From positions 1 through 64,000 of IMG/VR virus record IMGVR_UViG_3300008111_000002: a stretch of 64,000 bases of DNA. One strand, written 5' to 3'. Both the position numbers and the translations under genes were made by a program. Each line of letters opens with the position of its first letter. The first letter of the stretch is position 1. Positions 1 to 11,403 of the stretch are shown here, one piece after another. The notes under the pieces are model-generated. The model made no database searches and was not told the DNA's origin. It worked only from the letters and a program-made list of their open reading frames with translations.

Positions 1-792
1 ATATTCAAATAGCACGTTAACTACAGGTGTTAATTCTTCAGCATACACTGCATTTGTTAAACCTGGCATTGTGGCTGCTGGAGGTTTTGTAACAGGTCGT
101 AGATATACAATTATTACTGCTGGCACTGTTCTTAATGTAACAGTTGCCCCGACTAGTGGTACTGTTCAAGTTGGTATGTACCTAACAGGTTCTGGAGTTA
201 CAGCTGGTACTAGAATTACTGCATTAGGCAGTGGTACAGGCGGTATTGGGACTTATACTGTAAATACTAGTCAATCAGTACTGGGTGCAGTGGCAATGAA
301 AGGTGTTACAGAAGGTACAACATTTAATGCAACTGGTGTTGGATCAGGAACAGGAACGGCTACTCGCAGTCACGGATTAATTGATAGAGATTTTGTGTCT
401 CTCTCTGGTGTAGTTGGCATGACACAGATTAATGGCGCTAGTTTCTACGTTAAGGCTAGTGGCTATGCTGCTAATCAATTTGCTATCTATACTGATGATA
501 CATTAATTCCTGCAGTAGATTCTACAGTATATAGTACATATCTGTCAGGTGGTACTATAGAGTCCCCAATTAAATTCTATCAAGGAGATAGAATTTTTAT
601 CAGCGATGTTGTAGGAATGACTGAGCTTAACAATAATAGATATTACGTTAAGCCTTTGACTTATAATACGTTTGAATTATATTCAAATAGCACGTTAACT
701 ACAGGTGTTAATTCTTCAGCATACACTGCATTTGTTAAACCTGGCATTGTGGCTGCTGGAGGTTTTGTAACAGGTCGTAGATATACAATTAT
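1..792 (+). repeat. Exact 114-bp direct repeat (1-114 = 679-792), followed by a 12-bp tandem duplication ATATACAATTAT (781-792, 793-804)
   Basis: Base-by-base comparison. The offset is 678 bp (226 codons, in frame). The protein reads [10 protein letters not shown] versus [14 protein letters not shown]. Confidence 0.95.
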
Positions 793-3700
793 ATATACAA
801 TTATCACTGCTGGCACTACGGATTTTTCAGGGTCACATGGTGCAGCAAACAACAACCCAGGCACACAATTTGTTGCAACTGGCGCAGGGACAGGGACGGG
901 AACTGCCTACTACGGTGGTACTGCGTATGAAAGATTTACCTATGCCGTAACTGCGATCACTAAAGCAAGTCCTGCAAAAGTAACATTAGATGCTGCACAT
1001 CATTACAATGACGGGGATCTTGTCAATATTAGTGACATAGCAGGCATGACACAGATCACTGGTTTGTACTATGCTAAGGTGTCAACTGCTGGATTAAGTT
1101 CATCTCAATTAGAATTGTACACTGATCCCACTCTAGTTACTCCTGTAGTTAGTACATCTTATGGTACATTTGCTACTGGCGCAACTATAACAGCTGGCAG
1201 TTTTGTTAGAGGCAAAGTTTATACTATTGTTAGTACAGGCAGCGGATCAACAGACTTTACGCTAATTGGCTCGTCTAGCAATACTGTAGGCACAGTATTC
1301 ACGGCTACCACAGTGGGAACAGGCACTGGTACTGCCACAGTCACCGGTAATATATACGGTGGTCAAGAAGTATTATTAATTGGACTTACGTCTAATGCTA
1401 ACGATAACAGGGAAGCTAACGGTCTTACTTCACAGTTATCGGATCATACTAATCTGATCATTAGAGGTTTACAAAACTTTAGATTTGACAGCGTCGACAA
1501 CGTTAACCCAACTAGACCTAGTACTGCTTTAGAATTCAGTGCAACTAGTCCGGACATCCTACGTGTTATTGCATATGGGTTATCGTTAGCCGACGGTTCG
1601 GTATTACCTGCCAATCAAGCGGTATTATCCATTGATACAAGTTTTGCATATTTAAAACCGGTAAGTGATGCAGACAAGGTATTAACAGTTGATCCCGACA
1701 ATGGGGCCAAGACAATGGGTGGCACTATTGGTGATACTAAGATTGCTGTCATTGATATTAGTGGATCAGAAAACGCGGCAAAACGTGATTTATTAAATTC
1801 AGGAACATTAGCATTTGCTTGGAATGGTAAAATACATAGAATTACAGAGTATGTAGCAGCAGCCGGACTTGTTCCTGCGTATATATCATTTGTTGACTAT
1901 AGCGATAACAATAATTACAGTCAAACAGCTAGTGGCATTAATAAAGTATTTCCAGATGACGAATCAAGGACACTACGTGCAGGTTTGCCGAGCGGATCTA
2001 CTGGGGCTGTCACTATTAAAATTTCAACTTGTCGAGCTACTGGACATGACTTCTTAGATATAGGCACCGGCGGATTTAACACCAGCAACTATCCAACAAC
2101 TATTTTTGGTAACCCAAGTCAAGAACCTAGTCAAGAAAACGAAGTTATTGAAACTAATAAAGGCCGTGTATTCTATGTAACTACAGACCAGGACGGTGTA
2201 TTCCGTGTAGGACCTTATTTTACAGTTGACCAGGGTACTGGTACTGTTACGTTCTCAGCAAGTATTGCACTGAGTAACTTAGACGGTATTGGATTTAAAC
2301 GTGGTGTTACTGTTAGCGAGTTCTCCACAGATAACACAATGACCAACAATGCTGCTGACACTGTTCCAGTGCAGTCGGCTATTCGCGGATATATCGATAA
2401 ACGTCTAGGCTTAGATCATGGTGGTGGCCTGATTCCAACACCAAACTTGATCGGACCGGGGTACTTACCACTAAACGGTCAATTGGCTATGGTCGGTAAT
2501 CTTAGCATGGGCGGCAATAAAATCATTGGCATAGGTGCGCCTAGTTCCTCAACTGATGCTGCTACAAAAGCCTATGTTGACACGCAAGTTGGACTCAATG
2601 ATGAACTATCAGAATTAACTGATGTTAGTATATTAACTGGCGCAACATTAGCAACATGTACTAATACTACAGTTACAACTAATTTAATTACCTGTGATAC
2701 AACCGCATACCTAGTAATAGGACAGCCAATTAGATTTACGGGTACAACATTTGGCGGTATTAGCGGAAGTCTAACATACTATGTTAAGACTAAACCTAGT
2801 GGAACTACATTCACTGTATCATTAACACCAGGCGGTTCGGCAGTGACACTATCAACTGCTTCGGGTAGTATGGTATGTGCAAACAACATTACTGGTGAAG
2901 TAGTTATTGCTACAGGCGGTAACAAGTCAGTCACAACTGCGTCGTTCGGTGGAGACATTACTTCACAGTACACTAGTGTGAATACAACTACTCTAGTAGG
3001 TGGTGTAACTAGTTTCCCAACTATTGACTCAGGGATAGTTGATGTAGGTCAAATTAACGTTAGTAACGGTATTGTTGTTACTGACATAACTGGTTTCCCA
3101 ACAAGCGGTACTATTCAGATAGGTAACGAACTGTTTACCTATACTGGTGTAACACTAGCTTCTAATAGATTTGACAGCGTAACTAGAGGCGTTAAGACTA
3201 CAACTGCAACTACACACGCAGCTGGAGCAACAGTTATAGGTGTAAACAATGCTAGACTTGACATGCAGATTGCACCAGAAGTCATTGTTAACGCTGATGT
3301 TAGTCCAACTGCTGCTATTCAACAGAGCAAACTGTCATTAACTAATGCAACTGCTAATACATCAGGCGCGGCAGTAAAAGGTATTGCAAAATTTGACAGT
3401 GCTAACTTTGAAGACGACGGTGCAGGATTTATCGGTATTAAAGCAGGTGGTGTTGCTGTAACTGAAATTGCCAATATTGGCAATGGCGCAGTACTGGGTA
3501 ACTTCACTGGCAGCGCAACGTATCCTAGAGAACTTACAGCAGAGTCAATTCTTAAGAAGGGAACCTGGAATGAATTTAATGCTTCGGCAACACTAAGTCA
3601 ACCATATGCATATACGTTTACTAAAGGTGCTAGCGAAGTAGCAAGTTCATTTAGTATATCTGCTATCACAACCAACGGTTCTGCAAATTCTCTAGTTAGA

Positions 3701-4447
3701 ACTAAGTCGTCAACTGAAGCTGGATTTATTGACGTACAAGCAATTCAATTGAATAGTAACACTGTATTAGCATACTCAGGTTCAACACTAGTTGTTAAAA
3801 CACCAGGCGGTACTGAACTGATCAGCGGTATAGGTAGTGCAGATAACTCAACTCCTGTGACCTATAAAGGACAGTGGACTCCGGGAACAAATGCAACATT
3901 GGCTGCAACCAGTTCTACAAACGTGGCAATTACTAATGATACAACTTCTGCTACAGCCTATGTAACTTTTGTAACTGCTACTAGTGGTAATCAAGGTGTT
4001 AGAGTTAATTCTAACATGACCTACAATGCCAGTACTAATGTATTAACAACAACAGCAACACAGGCAAGATTTGCTGACTTGGCTGAATATTATACAGCAG
4101 ACAAGGAATACGAACCAGGCACTGTGTTGATATTTGGCGGCACTGCTGAAACTACAACTACAAACGTCTTTGGTGATGCAAGACTAGCAGGTGTTGTTTC
4201 TACTGCTCCAGGCTACTCAATGAATGCTGAACTAGCAGGAACTAGAGCACTAGTAGCACTACAAGGTCGTGTACCATGTAAGGTAGTTGGCCGTGTTAAG
4301 AAAGGTGATATGTTAACCACTGCTGGTATTGTGGGACATGCTGCTAAGGCCATAGATCCAAAAGTTGGAACAATTATTGGTAAAGCACTAGAAGACAAAG
4401 ACTACACCGAAATGGGTGTAATTGAAGTTGCAGTTGGTAGAGTTTAA
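2..4447 (+). CDS. Large tail fibre / receptor-binding protein, 5'-truncated by the window edge
   Basis: The frame is open from base 2, so the GTG at 71 is probably not the start. The protein is Thr/Gly/Ser-rich with repeated FCCH-like modules ([42 protein letters not shown]). The C-terminal [10 protein letters not shown]...[11 protein letters not shown]...IEVAVGR resembles intramolecular-chaperone (peptidase G2-like) tails of phage fibres. Confidence 0.85.
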   Translation, partial: YSNSTLTTGVNSSAYTAFVKPGIVAAGGFVTGRRYTIITAGTVLNVTVAPTSGTVQVGMYLTGSGVTAGTRITALGSGTGGIGTYTVNTSQSVLGAVAMKGVTEGTTFNATGVGSGTGTATRSHGLIDRDFVSLSGVVGMTQINGASFYVKASGYAANQFAIYTDDTLIPAVDSTVYSTYLSGGTIESPIKFYQGDRIFISDVVGMTELNNNRYYVKPLTYNTFELYSNSTLTTGVNSSAYTAFVKPGIVAAGGFVTGRRYTIIYTIITAGTTDFSGSHGAANNNPGTQFVATGAGTGTGTAYYGGTAYERFTYAVTAITKASPAKVTLDAAHHYNDGDLVNISDIAGMTQITGLYYAKVSTAGLSSSQLELYTDPTLVTPVVSTSYGTFATGATITAGSFVRGKVYTIVSTGSGSTDFTLIGSSSNTVGTVFTATTVGTGTGTATVTGNIYGGQEVLLIGLTSNANDNREANGLTSQLSDHTNLIIRGLQNFRFDSVDNVNPTRPSTALEFSATSPDILRVIAYGLSLADGSVLPANQAVLSIDTSFAYLKPVSDADKVLTVDPDNGAKTMGGTIGDTKIAVIDISGSENAAKRDLLNSGTLAFAWNGKIHRITEYVAAAGLVPAYISFVDYSDNNNYSQTASGINKVFPDDESRTLRAGLPSGSTGAVTIKISTCRATGHDFLDIGTGGFNTSNYPTTIFGNPSQEPSQENEVIETNKGRVFYVTTDQDGVFRVGPYFTVDQGTGTVTFSASIALSNLDGIGFKRGVTVSEFSTDNTMTNNAADTVPVQSAIRGYIDKRLGLDHGGGLIPTPNLIGPGYLPLNGQLAMVGNLSMGGNKIIGIGAPSSSTDAATKAYVDTQVGLNDELSELTDVSILTGATLATCTNTTVTTNLITCDTTAYLVIGQPIRFTGTTFGGISGSLTYYVKTKPSGTTFTVSLTPGGSAVTLSTASGSMVCANNITGEVVIATGGNKSVTTASFGGDITSQYTSVNTTTLVGGVTSFPTIDSGIVDVGQINVSNGIVVTDITGFPTSGTIQIGNELFTYTGVTLASNRFDSVTRGVKTTTATTHAAGATVIGVNNARLDMQIAPEVIVNADVSPTAAIQQSKLSLTNATANTSGAAVKGIAKFDSANFEDDGAGFIGIKAGGVAVTEIANIGNGAVLGNFTGSATYPRELTAESILKKGTWNEFNASATLSQPYAYTFTKGASEVASSFSISAITTNGSANSLVRTKSSTEAGFIDVQAIQLNSNTVLAYSGSTLVVKTPGGTELISGIGSADNSTPVTYKGQWTPGTNATLAATSSTNVAITNDTTSATAYVTFVTATSGNQGVRVNSNMTYNASTNVLTTTATQARFADLAEYYTADKEYEPGTVLIFGGTAETTTTNVFGDARLAGVVSTAPGYSMNAELAGTRALVALQGRVPCKVVGRVKKGDMLTTAGIVGHAAKAIDPKVGTIIGKALEDKDYTEMGVIEVAVGRV

Positions 4448-4468
4448 AGATAAGGATCGGAGCGAAAA

Positions 4469-6256
4469 ATGACACAAAAAATAATTAATACCGGCACTGC
4501 TGATACAGGAAACGGCGATCCGATCCGCACAGCGTTCGGTAAGGTCAATGATAATTTTACTGAACTGTACACTGCATTAGGATTAGACAACGGCGGAATA
4601 AATCTAGGTGCGTTTGAATTTACGGGCAGTACGATGAGTACCACTGACAGTTCGGCTATTGTCATCGACCAGGCTGTTACTGTAGCAAGTGAACTGACTA
4701 TGCAAGGTGATATTGTTCCTAATATCGCTAATGAACATAATTTAGGCAGTGCTGCTAGACCTTGGAAGAGTTTATATGTCAGCAACAACACAATCTACAT
4801 CGGTGGCAATAGTCTAGGAGTAGATAATAATGGCAGCCTTACTTGGAATGGCAGCACTGTTGCACATGCTGATGGCGAGTTTATTAGACTGGATGCCCTC
4901 ACTGATGTAAATCTTGGTAGCCCGCAAGCAGGTGATGTGCTTTCGTATCAAGGTGGTTATTGGACTGCCGCTACCGTTGATAAATTAAAGATCACTGATG
5001 GGGTTGAAGTTACCTTGGTCGGTGGTCCAGGTGTTGCCGATCCTTTTGTTACTTTTCCTGCTATAACTGGTGGTGATCAACTTCAAATTCAAGGAGCAGA
5101 AGTCAGCACGATTGCAGGCAATCTCGCTCTTACCTCTGTTACAGATATCAACATAATATCAAACGGTTCTGGCGCAGCACCTGGAGGATCAAAGAATTGG
5201 ACATTTAGTGCAGACGGGTCGGTGACTATACCCGGAGACATCCGCAGCGAAGGCAACATCAACATTGACATCAACTTGAGTGACTCAACTCTGCGCCGTT
5301 GGCAGTTTGGTGAGGATGGCGATCTGGAATTGCCGCAAGATGGTGGCATAGTATTTGATCGTGCCGATACAACAATTCGTGTGGGCATGGGATTCCACAT
5401 TGCCAGCGGTGAAGGTATCAGTCTTGACGCTATTGATCAAACTGCTATACTAACTCTAAGTGGTGCTGGTAATGGTCCAGTAAATCAAACTTATAACAAA
5501 ACTAACAATACACTTTATACAGGTAATGACAACAGTAGTGTCACTGTAGAAAACCTAGGCGGCACTTGGTTTGTATTCATAGATGGTGATGCCAAATACA
5601 CCAGCAATGATCTCATCGGGTGGGCTCTAAGTACTGGACCTGGACCTGTGCCAGTTGGAGTATTGTCAAATGGCTATAAGAGTTGGGGATTTTCTTCAAC
5701 AGGTGAACTGACATTGCCCGAAGGTGCTGTGGTAAAAAATATATCTGGGAACTTGACCATTGAAGGTGAAAGCTATGTAATTATTGATTCTGCAAATAAT
5801 GGACAGATTGAGATAGGACGAAGCAGTGGTGTAGGAGCTGTGATACTAGGTAATAAATCCTTAGGCACCAATTCAATAATTGACAGTGATTTATTTGTTA
5901 ACAACGGAGTCTATGAAAGATTCAGTAGTTTGGCCGATGCCACAGGTATTGTAACACACAACTGCGCCAACGGACACATATTCTATCACACCAGCCCAGA
6001 TGCTCTTTTTACAGTAAACTTTACCAATCTAAATTTACCTATTGACTATGCTACCTCATTGACCTTGATCATAGCACAAGGTGGCACAGGCTTTATTCCT
6101 AACTCTGTTGGAATAAGTGGAGTATTACAGACCATAAACTGGCGGGGCAATGTTATCCCAACACCCAGCACCAACAGAACAGATGTAGTTACTTTTAGCA
6201 TTATCTGCACAGCTCTAAATACCTATACTGTGCTGGGACAACTAACAGGATACTAA
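4469..6256 (+). CDS. Baseplate/tail fibre protein with T4 gp9/gp10-like N-terminus
   Basis: The N-terminus IINTGTADTGNGDPIRTAFGKVNDNFTELY is the gp9/gp10-type motif. Internal W-x-F-x3-G-x-[LV]-x-[LI]-P repeats. Confidence 0.75.
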   Translation: MTQKIINTGTADTGNGDPIRTAFGKVNDNFTELYTALGLDNGGINLGAFEFTGSTMSTTDSSAIVIDQAVTVASELTMQGDIVPNIANEHNLGSAARPWKSLYVSNNTIYIGGNSLGVDNNGSLTWNGSTVAHADGEFIRLDALTDVNLGSPQAGDVLSYQGGYWTAATVDKLKITDGVEVTLVGGPGVADPFVTFPAITGGDQLQIQGAEVSTIAGNLALTSVTDINIISNGSGAAPGGSKNWTFSADGSVTIPGDIRSEGNINIDINLSDSTLRRWQFGEDGDLELPQDGGIVFDRADTTIRVGMGFHIASGEGISLDAIDQTAILTLSGAGNGPVNQTYNKTNNTLYTGNDNSSVTVENLGGTWFVFIDGDAKYTSNDLIGWALSTGPGPVPVGVLSNGYKSWGFSSTGELTLPEGAVVKNISGNLTIEGESYVIIDSANNGQIEIGRSSGVGAVILGNKSLGTNSIIDSDLFVNNGVYERFSSLADATGIVTHNCANGHIFYHTSPDALFTVNFTNLNLPIDYATSLTLIIAQGGTGFIPNSVGISGVLQTINWRGNVIPTPSTNRTDVVTFSIICTALNTYTVLGQLTGY

Positions 6257-6262
6257 CAGAAC

Positions 6263-6270
6263 GGTAAATA
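6263..6270 (+). promoter_or_regulatory. T4-late-like promoter (G/A)TAAATA; also at 10525, 16070, 18986, 24445, 24840, 31004, 31278, 49525
   Basis: The same TAAATA core recurs 6-40 nt before start codons of structural/late-type genes, and resembles the T4 gp55 consensus TATAAATA. Confidence 0.65.
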
Positions 6271-6288
6271 TACTAAAGAGAGCGGAAT

Positions 6289-6846
6289 ATGGCTATACAA
6301 ACAATTAACATAGGAAATGCTGTAAATGATGGTCTAGGAGACGATCTACGCACGGCTTTTCAAAAGGTCAACGCTAATTTTGCAGATTTAAATAGCCAGC
6401 AATCAATTACTGGTCAAAATCTTAATACAGCAACAGGCGTAGGAATTTTTAAACAAAAAGTAGGTACTAACTTACAATTTAAATCACTGGTTAGCGATGG
6501 TAAAATTACCCTAACACCGTCTAATGATTACATCACTGTTGGCACTGTACAAAAAGACGGATTTAGTTCCATAACAACAAACAGTGGTAGCATCACAGCT
6601 AATGTTACAACCGCTTACGATCAAATCACAATCCAAGGTGGTGCTAACATAAATGTAACAGCATCACAAAGAACTATTACTGTAGATACGAAACAAAATA
6701 TTGGATTTATTTTAAACGACGCTGATCTAGGAACTATTGGATCGGGTACTGACAATTTAATTACTTTTTTATTGCAGGTCACCGATATTGATTTTGGAAC
6801 AATAGATCAGCCCGCAGGTATTGAATACGATGCTGGTACAATTTAA
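6289..6846 (+). CDS. Baseplate wedge protein, gp9/gp10-like N-terminus
   Basis: MAIQTINIGNAVNDGLGDDLRTAFQKVNANF motif; follows a late-type promoter. Confidence 0.7.
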   Translation: MAIQTINIGNAVNDGLGDDLRTAFQKVNANFADLNSQQSITGQNLNTATGVGIFKQKVGTNLQFKSLVSDGKITLTPSNDYITVGTVQKDGFSSITTNSGSITANVTTAYDQITIQGGANINVTASQRTITVDTKQNIGFILNDADLGTIGSGTDNLITFLLQVTDIDFGTIDQPAGIEYDAGTI

Positions 6847-6858
6847 CGGAGAAATAAA

Positions 6859-7974
6859 ATGGCATTAAGAATTAGAAGAGGAACTTCTGTACAACGAACA
6901 GGAATCACACCAGTATCTGGAGAGTTGATTTTTGATACAACTCAAAATAAACTATATGTCGGTAACGGATCAACTGCCGGCGGTGTTGAAGTTGTTGCAG
7001 GGTCTATTGGTGGTAATTTAGGTTCTAATATTAACCTAAATAATTTTGATATCACTGGCGCAGGTAATATTAATATTACAGGAACAATTACTGCATCCGG
7101 AACAATTACAGGTAACGGCGATCTTGTTTTAGGAAATGCTGATACTGATAATGTTCAGTTTGGTGCAGATATTAATTCAAATATTGTTCCTAATACAGGT
7201 TCATTAACCGTTGGTACTAGCGCCAAACCTTGGCAAACTGTTTTTACCTCAACCTTAGAAAATACTAGCGGAATTACTAGTAATAGCAATTTAACTCTTA
7301 ACGGTCTAGTTACAGTTGGAAATAACCTAGTACCAAACACTACATTAACAAAAAATATCGGAACTTCTACACTAAGATGGCGTAACGTATGGGCAGAAAC
7401 ATTAGCATTAGAAAATATTCAAATTACGCAGAATAATATTAGAAGTATTGATTCAAATTCAGACATTAATATAGAACCGTCAGGAAACGGAAGAGTTTTG
7501 CTTGGTCCAACTAAAATTAGATCTTATGCAGATTTTGGATATGAAAATAACGTTGTTACTAGAGCAAGCAATACAGGAATTTTTTATAACTGGAATCAAG
7601 CAACTGAATTATTTACCAGTATTAATAGTGCATTTGAAACTTCATATACACAACTAGCAGGAACTACTCAAGAAACATTCACAGTAGCAGCAATAGATAC
7701 TTCAATTTATGCAGGTTTTAGAGCAGAATTTAACGTTAGAAATTCTCAGGGATCAGAAACATTTTCTATTTCTGGTAATTTTTATTCCGGAACTGTGGAA
7801 ATTTCTGCTAAACAAAATTCTCATATACACAGTGGCGGTATTACAATAATTAATTCTATTAGCGTTTCTCCAGGAAGCGGATCCCTTGTCAATATTAGAT
7901 TTACAACTACAACTAATGTAAATGCTGCGGTCATTACTAAAGTGAAAGCCCATGCAACACTGTTTACTGTTTAA
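6859..7974 (+). CDS. Tail fibre protein with Mtd_N/hyaluronidase-like N-terminal anchor
   Basis: LRIRRGT...PVSGELIFDTTQNKLYVGNGSTAGG N-terminal motif; beta-rich body. Confidence 0.7.
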   Translation: MALRIRRGTSVQRTGITPVSGELIFDTTQNKLYVGNGSTAGGVEVVAGSIGGNLGSNINLNNFDITGAGNINITGTITASGTITGNGDLVLGNADTDNVQFGADINSNIVPNTGSLTVGTSAKPWQTVFTSTLENTSGITSNSNLTLNGLVTVGNNLVPNTTLTKNIGTSTLRWRNVWAETLALENIQITQNNIRSIDSNSDINIEPSGNGRVLLGPTKIRSYADFGYENNVVTRASNTGIFYNWNQATELFTSINSAFETSYTQLAGTTQETFTVAAIDTSIYAGFRAEFNVRNSQGSETFSISGNFYSGTVEISAKQNSHIHSGGITIINSISVSPGSGSLVNIRFTTTTNVNAAVITKVKAHATLFTV

Positions 7975-7979
7975 AAATT

Positions 7980-10511
7980 ATGTCATTAAAATGGAATACT
8001 CCTTTAGGTACGTTAGGAACATTTAATGAAAGGACTCAGGTAAATGTTCCTTTGTCAACTACCTCAGTTACTCCAGTTACATATTCTATAATATCCGGAA
8101 AACTTCCTGTTGGTCTACAGTTATTAAACGGAATTATTAAAGGAGTTCCGGTTGAAATAAAAAATACAAGTCAATATAAATTTGTAATAAGAGCTAATAA
8201 TAGTTCATTGATTGTAGATCGAACATTTTCAATTACTATAGAAGGCCCAGATGCACCAGTTTGGCAAACTCCAGAAGGATATTTGCCAGTTGGATTTAAT
8301 GATGCTTATTTTGTTTTAGATGATTCTTATGTTGATTTTCAGTTAGAAGCATATGATACTGACAGGATAGATGGCGATACATTATTTTATTACATACCAA
8401 ATAACAGCGGCGAGCTTCCTCCAGGTTTAACTTTATCATCAACAGGAAGAATTAGCGGTTTTGTGGCGGCGGTTCCAAAGTTAGAATTAAATCAATCTAC
8501 TGGAAATTTTGACACCACAGGATATGATTTTATTCCTTTTGATCTAGGTGAGGTATCAACCACAGGATATGATACTTTTACTTACGATAATACTATATTT
8601 GATTTTCAAGAACCTGTTAAACCACTTAGACAAATTAGTAGATACTATTCATTTACAGTTTCGGTAACAGATGGCGAAACTGAAACTAAAAGAAATTTTA
8701 GAATTTATGTTGTCGATGAACAATTTTTAAGAGCAGATAATGCTATTATTAGATCATCTGATAATGTATTTAAAGCGGATAATAATTATTTAAGAAATCC
8801 ACTTTGGATTACTCCTGCTAATTTAGGTAAACGTAGAGCTAATAATTATACAACAATTTATCTAGAAGTTTATAATCCAATAACACTAGCTCAAAATATT
8901 GTTTACTTCTTAGATGATAAAAACCCGGATGGTACAAATAGTGTTTTGCCACCCGGTCTACAATTAGATAGTGTAAACGGAGAAATTGTAGGAAAAATTC
9001 CTTATCAACCTAGAATTTCTGTCAACTATAAATTTACCATTAGAGCAGTATCTTTTGAACAAACTACCCTAGCTACAAAATATAGCATATCCGGTAATTG
9101 GAATAACGATACTATCTATAAAGTTGGAGATGTTGTTCGTTGGATTGATCCTGCAATTTATAATGACAGCAGTCTTAGAGCAGGTATTGGTGAATCTTTA
9201 TATATTGCCTTAGTCGAACACAAAAATAAATTACCTAGTAACGTTGGAGTTTGGACCGAGGGTGCCACCAGTACTGTAAGAACATTTAATATTGATATTG
9301 TTGGTGATATTGAAAGAGGAATTTCTTGGAAATCAAACTCTTATCTTGGTGCACTTAATCCCAATGAAGTATCAGAATTATTTGTAGAAGCCGAAAGTTT
9401 ATCATATAGCGGGTCTGTTAATTATACATTGATCCACGGAGAATTACCTCCAGGTTTACAATTATTAAGCAACGGATTAATTATAGGAAAAGTAAATCAA
9501 GTTGGAAGTCAAACAATTGAAGGAATAACAAGATTTTACGACGGTGGTCCTAGCTCAAATGCATTTGGTATAACGTTCGATCAAAACCGTACCACATTTG
9601 ATAAAGTTTATAAATTTACCGTTAAAGCAAGAGATCCGGCTAATTTTGCAGAGTTTAATAAATTGTTTTCAATTAAAATAATTGGTGAAACAACTAAACA
9701 ATACACAAATCTTTATCTAAGAGCATTACAACCACTAGAAAAAAGAAACAACTGGTATGATTTTATAACTGATAGTACTATTTTTGATCCTAAAATTCTT
9801 TACAGAGTTGGAGACCCTAATTTTGCTACACAGTCATCAGTGCAAATGTTGTTGTTTGCCGGAATAGAAAAAAGTGATGCTGTAGAATTAATACAGGCCA
9901 TGAGCCGCAATCATTATAAGAAGAGAATAAAATTTGGATCGTTGGCCAAAGCTCAGGGTAAAGATTTAATAACTCAAGAAGTAAAATACGAAGTAGTCTA
10001 TGTAAACATTATTGATGATCTAGAACAAAATAAACAAAGTATCTCAAATATTGTTCGTTTGCCTGATCACATATCAAGTCCCGTTTTGTCTGATCAAAAT
10101 AATATCACTGTCGATGGCGGCGGAACAAATGGTTTGAATTGGAATTACAAAGTTTCAGATCGAGATATACAACAGGTATTTCCAAACTCATTTAACAATA
10201 TGAGGAATCAAATTAAGCAAATTGGAGATAGAAACAGAGACTTTCTTCCCCTCTGGATGAGAAGTATACAACCAGGAGATCCAGTTGAATTAGGATATAC
10301 CAAAGCGTTAGTGCTTTGCTATGTTAAACCGGGATTTGCTGATGAAATAATAATTAAAATTAAATCAAGAAAATTTGATTTTAAATTATTAGATTTTATG
10401 GCCGATCGATATGTTGTTGATTATTTAAATGTTACTATCGGGGATCAATATTTTCTATTTCCCCAAACAGATATTAAAAATAGATTAATTAGCTCAACTG
10501 CTGGATCGTGA
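7980..10511 (+). CDS. Virion structural protein with putative Ig-like (He_PIG-type) repeats
   Basis: Four G-x-LP-[PV]-GL-x-L...G-x-I-x-G repeats (GKLPVGLQL, GELPPGLTL, VLPPGLQL, GELPPGLQL); lies in the structural cluster. Confidence 0.7.
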   Translation: MSLKWNTPLGTLGTFNERTQVNVPLSTTSVTPVTYSIISGKLPVGLQLLNGIIKGVPVEIKNTSQYKFVIRANNSSLIVDRTFSITIEGPDAPVWQTPEGYLPVGFNDAYFVLDDSYVDFQLEAYDTDRIDGDTLFYYIPNNSGELPPGLTLSSTGRISGFVAAVPKLELNQSTGNFDTTGYDFIPFDLGEVSTTGYDTFTYDNTIFDFQEPVKPLRQISRYYSFTVSVTDGETETKRNFRIYVVDEQFLRADNAIIRSSDNVFKADNNYLRNPLWITPANLGKRRANNYTTIYLEVYNPITLAQNIVYFLDDKNPDGTNSVLPPGLQLDSVNGEIVGKIPYQPRISVNYKFTIRAVSFEQTTLATKYSISGNWNNDTIYKVGDVVRWIDPAIYNDSSLRAGIGESLYIALVEHKNKLPSNVGVWTEGATSTVRTFNIDIVGDIERGISWKSNSYLGALNPNEVSELFVEAESLSYSGSVNYTLIHGELPPGLQLLSNGLIIGKVNQVGSQTIEGITRFYDGGPSSNAFGITFDQNRTTFDKVYKFTVKARDPANFAEFNKLFSIKIIGETTKQYTNLYLRALQPLEKRNNWYDFITDSTIFDPKILYRVGDPNFATQSSVQMLLFAGIEKSDAVELIQAMSRNHYKKRIKFGSLAKAQGKDLITQEVKYEVVYVNIIDDLEQNKQSISNIVRLPDHISSPVLSDQNNITVDGGGTNGLNWNYKVSDRDIQQVFPNSFNNMRNQIKQIGDRNRDFLPLWMRSIQPGDPVELGYTKALVLCYVKPGFADEIIIKIKSRKFDFKLLDFMADRYVVDYLNVTIGDQYFLFPQTDIKNRLISSTAGS

Positions 10512-10561
10512 TAAAATACAACACATAAATATAACGATATTTCCGATCGTGGAGAAAATAA

Positions 10562-11164
10562 ATGACAAGTAATATAAATTTTGCCGGTATCAACGAAAAC
10601 TTTCCTGTAGCAGGACAGGATAATGATACGCAGGTATTTAGAGACAATTTTAGTTTAATTAAAGAAAACTTTAGATATTCGTATAACGAAATAACATCGC
10701 TGCAATCAAATACCGCTAAATTAAATGCCGAAAACGATTTTGGTGGTAGCATTATTACAGGTGCAGTTTTTGTTGATAATCGAGATAGGGTGCATTCATA
10801 TAGCACCATTGCAGAATCTCAACCACTGGCTGTGTATGAAGTTGATTACGGACAAGGCAATTATCAAATCTTTCGAGTTAACAAAGACATTAATTTACAA
10901 TTTACCAATTTTCCAATTTCTTCGGGTGTTGGAAAAGTAACATTAGAATTATATGGCGATGATGGAGTATCTCCAAGAACAATTACGCTGATCACAGAAG
11001 GTGGAACCAGTTTTAAAAGAAGTAGAGTAACAGCTACTAACGGTGGTATTGTAAATTTTCCTAATCCATTACAAGTACAGAGCAGCACCAATCCTGTAAT
11101 TATTGAAGTTTGGAGATACAATTCCACTACCATTTATCTAAATTATGTAGGGAACTTTGTCTAA
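10562..11164 (+). CDS. Putative virion structural protein
   Basis: Has a late-type promoter and a GGAGA RBS. The N-terminal INENFPVAGQDNDTQVFRDNF resembles tail/baseplate N-termini. Confidence 0.55.
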   Translation: MTSNINFAGINENFPVAGQDNDTQVFRDNFSLIKENFRYSYNEITSLQSNTAKLNAENDFGGSIITGAVFVDNRDRVHSYSTIAESQPLAVYEVDYGQGNYQIFRVNKDINLQFTNFPISSGVGKVTLELYGDDGVSPRTITLITEGGTSFKRSRVTATNGGIVNFPNPLQVQSSTNPVIIEVWRYNSTTIYLNYVGNFV

Positions 11165-11403
11165 TGTTTCACCCATTTGAAGGCGATTTATCACAACTAA
11201 AAGACAACGAAGTTGAAGATCGTCTTCAAGATCTTACTAAAAAATTTTTTACAGCACAACGTCTAGGCAATAATGAACTATTGACACAACTTTCTACTTT
11301 TGTTACAATTTATAGAGAAGAACTAAGTAATCGCTATAGAGCTAAACTTAAAAGTAATCAAGATAGAGATTTGGATCAATTAATTAATGTTGAAAACCGT
11401 TAA
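11164..11403 (+). CDS. Hypothetical helical protein
   Basis: The ATG overlaps the upstream TAA (TAATG). This start is more likely than the 11110 start in the ORF track. Confidence 0.6.
   Translation: MFHPFEGDLSQLKDNEVEDRLQDLTKKFFTAQRLGNNELLTQLSTFVTIYREELSNRYRAKLKSNQDRDLDQLINVENR

Noticed and set aside
1-7974. Diversity-generating retroelement, suggested by the Mtd_N-like domain and the 114-bp repeat pair
   Set aside because: The repeat copies are identical, with no adenine-specific mismatches, both lie inside the same ORF, and no reverse transcriptase is present in the window.
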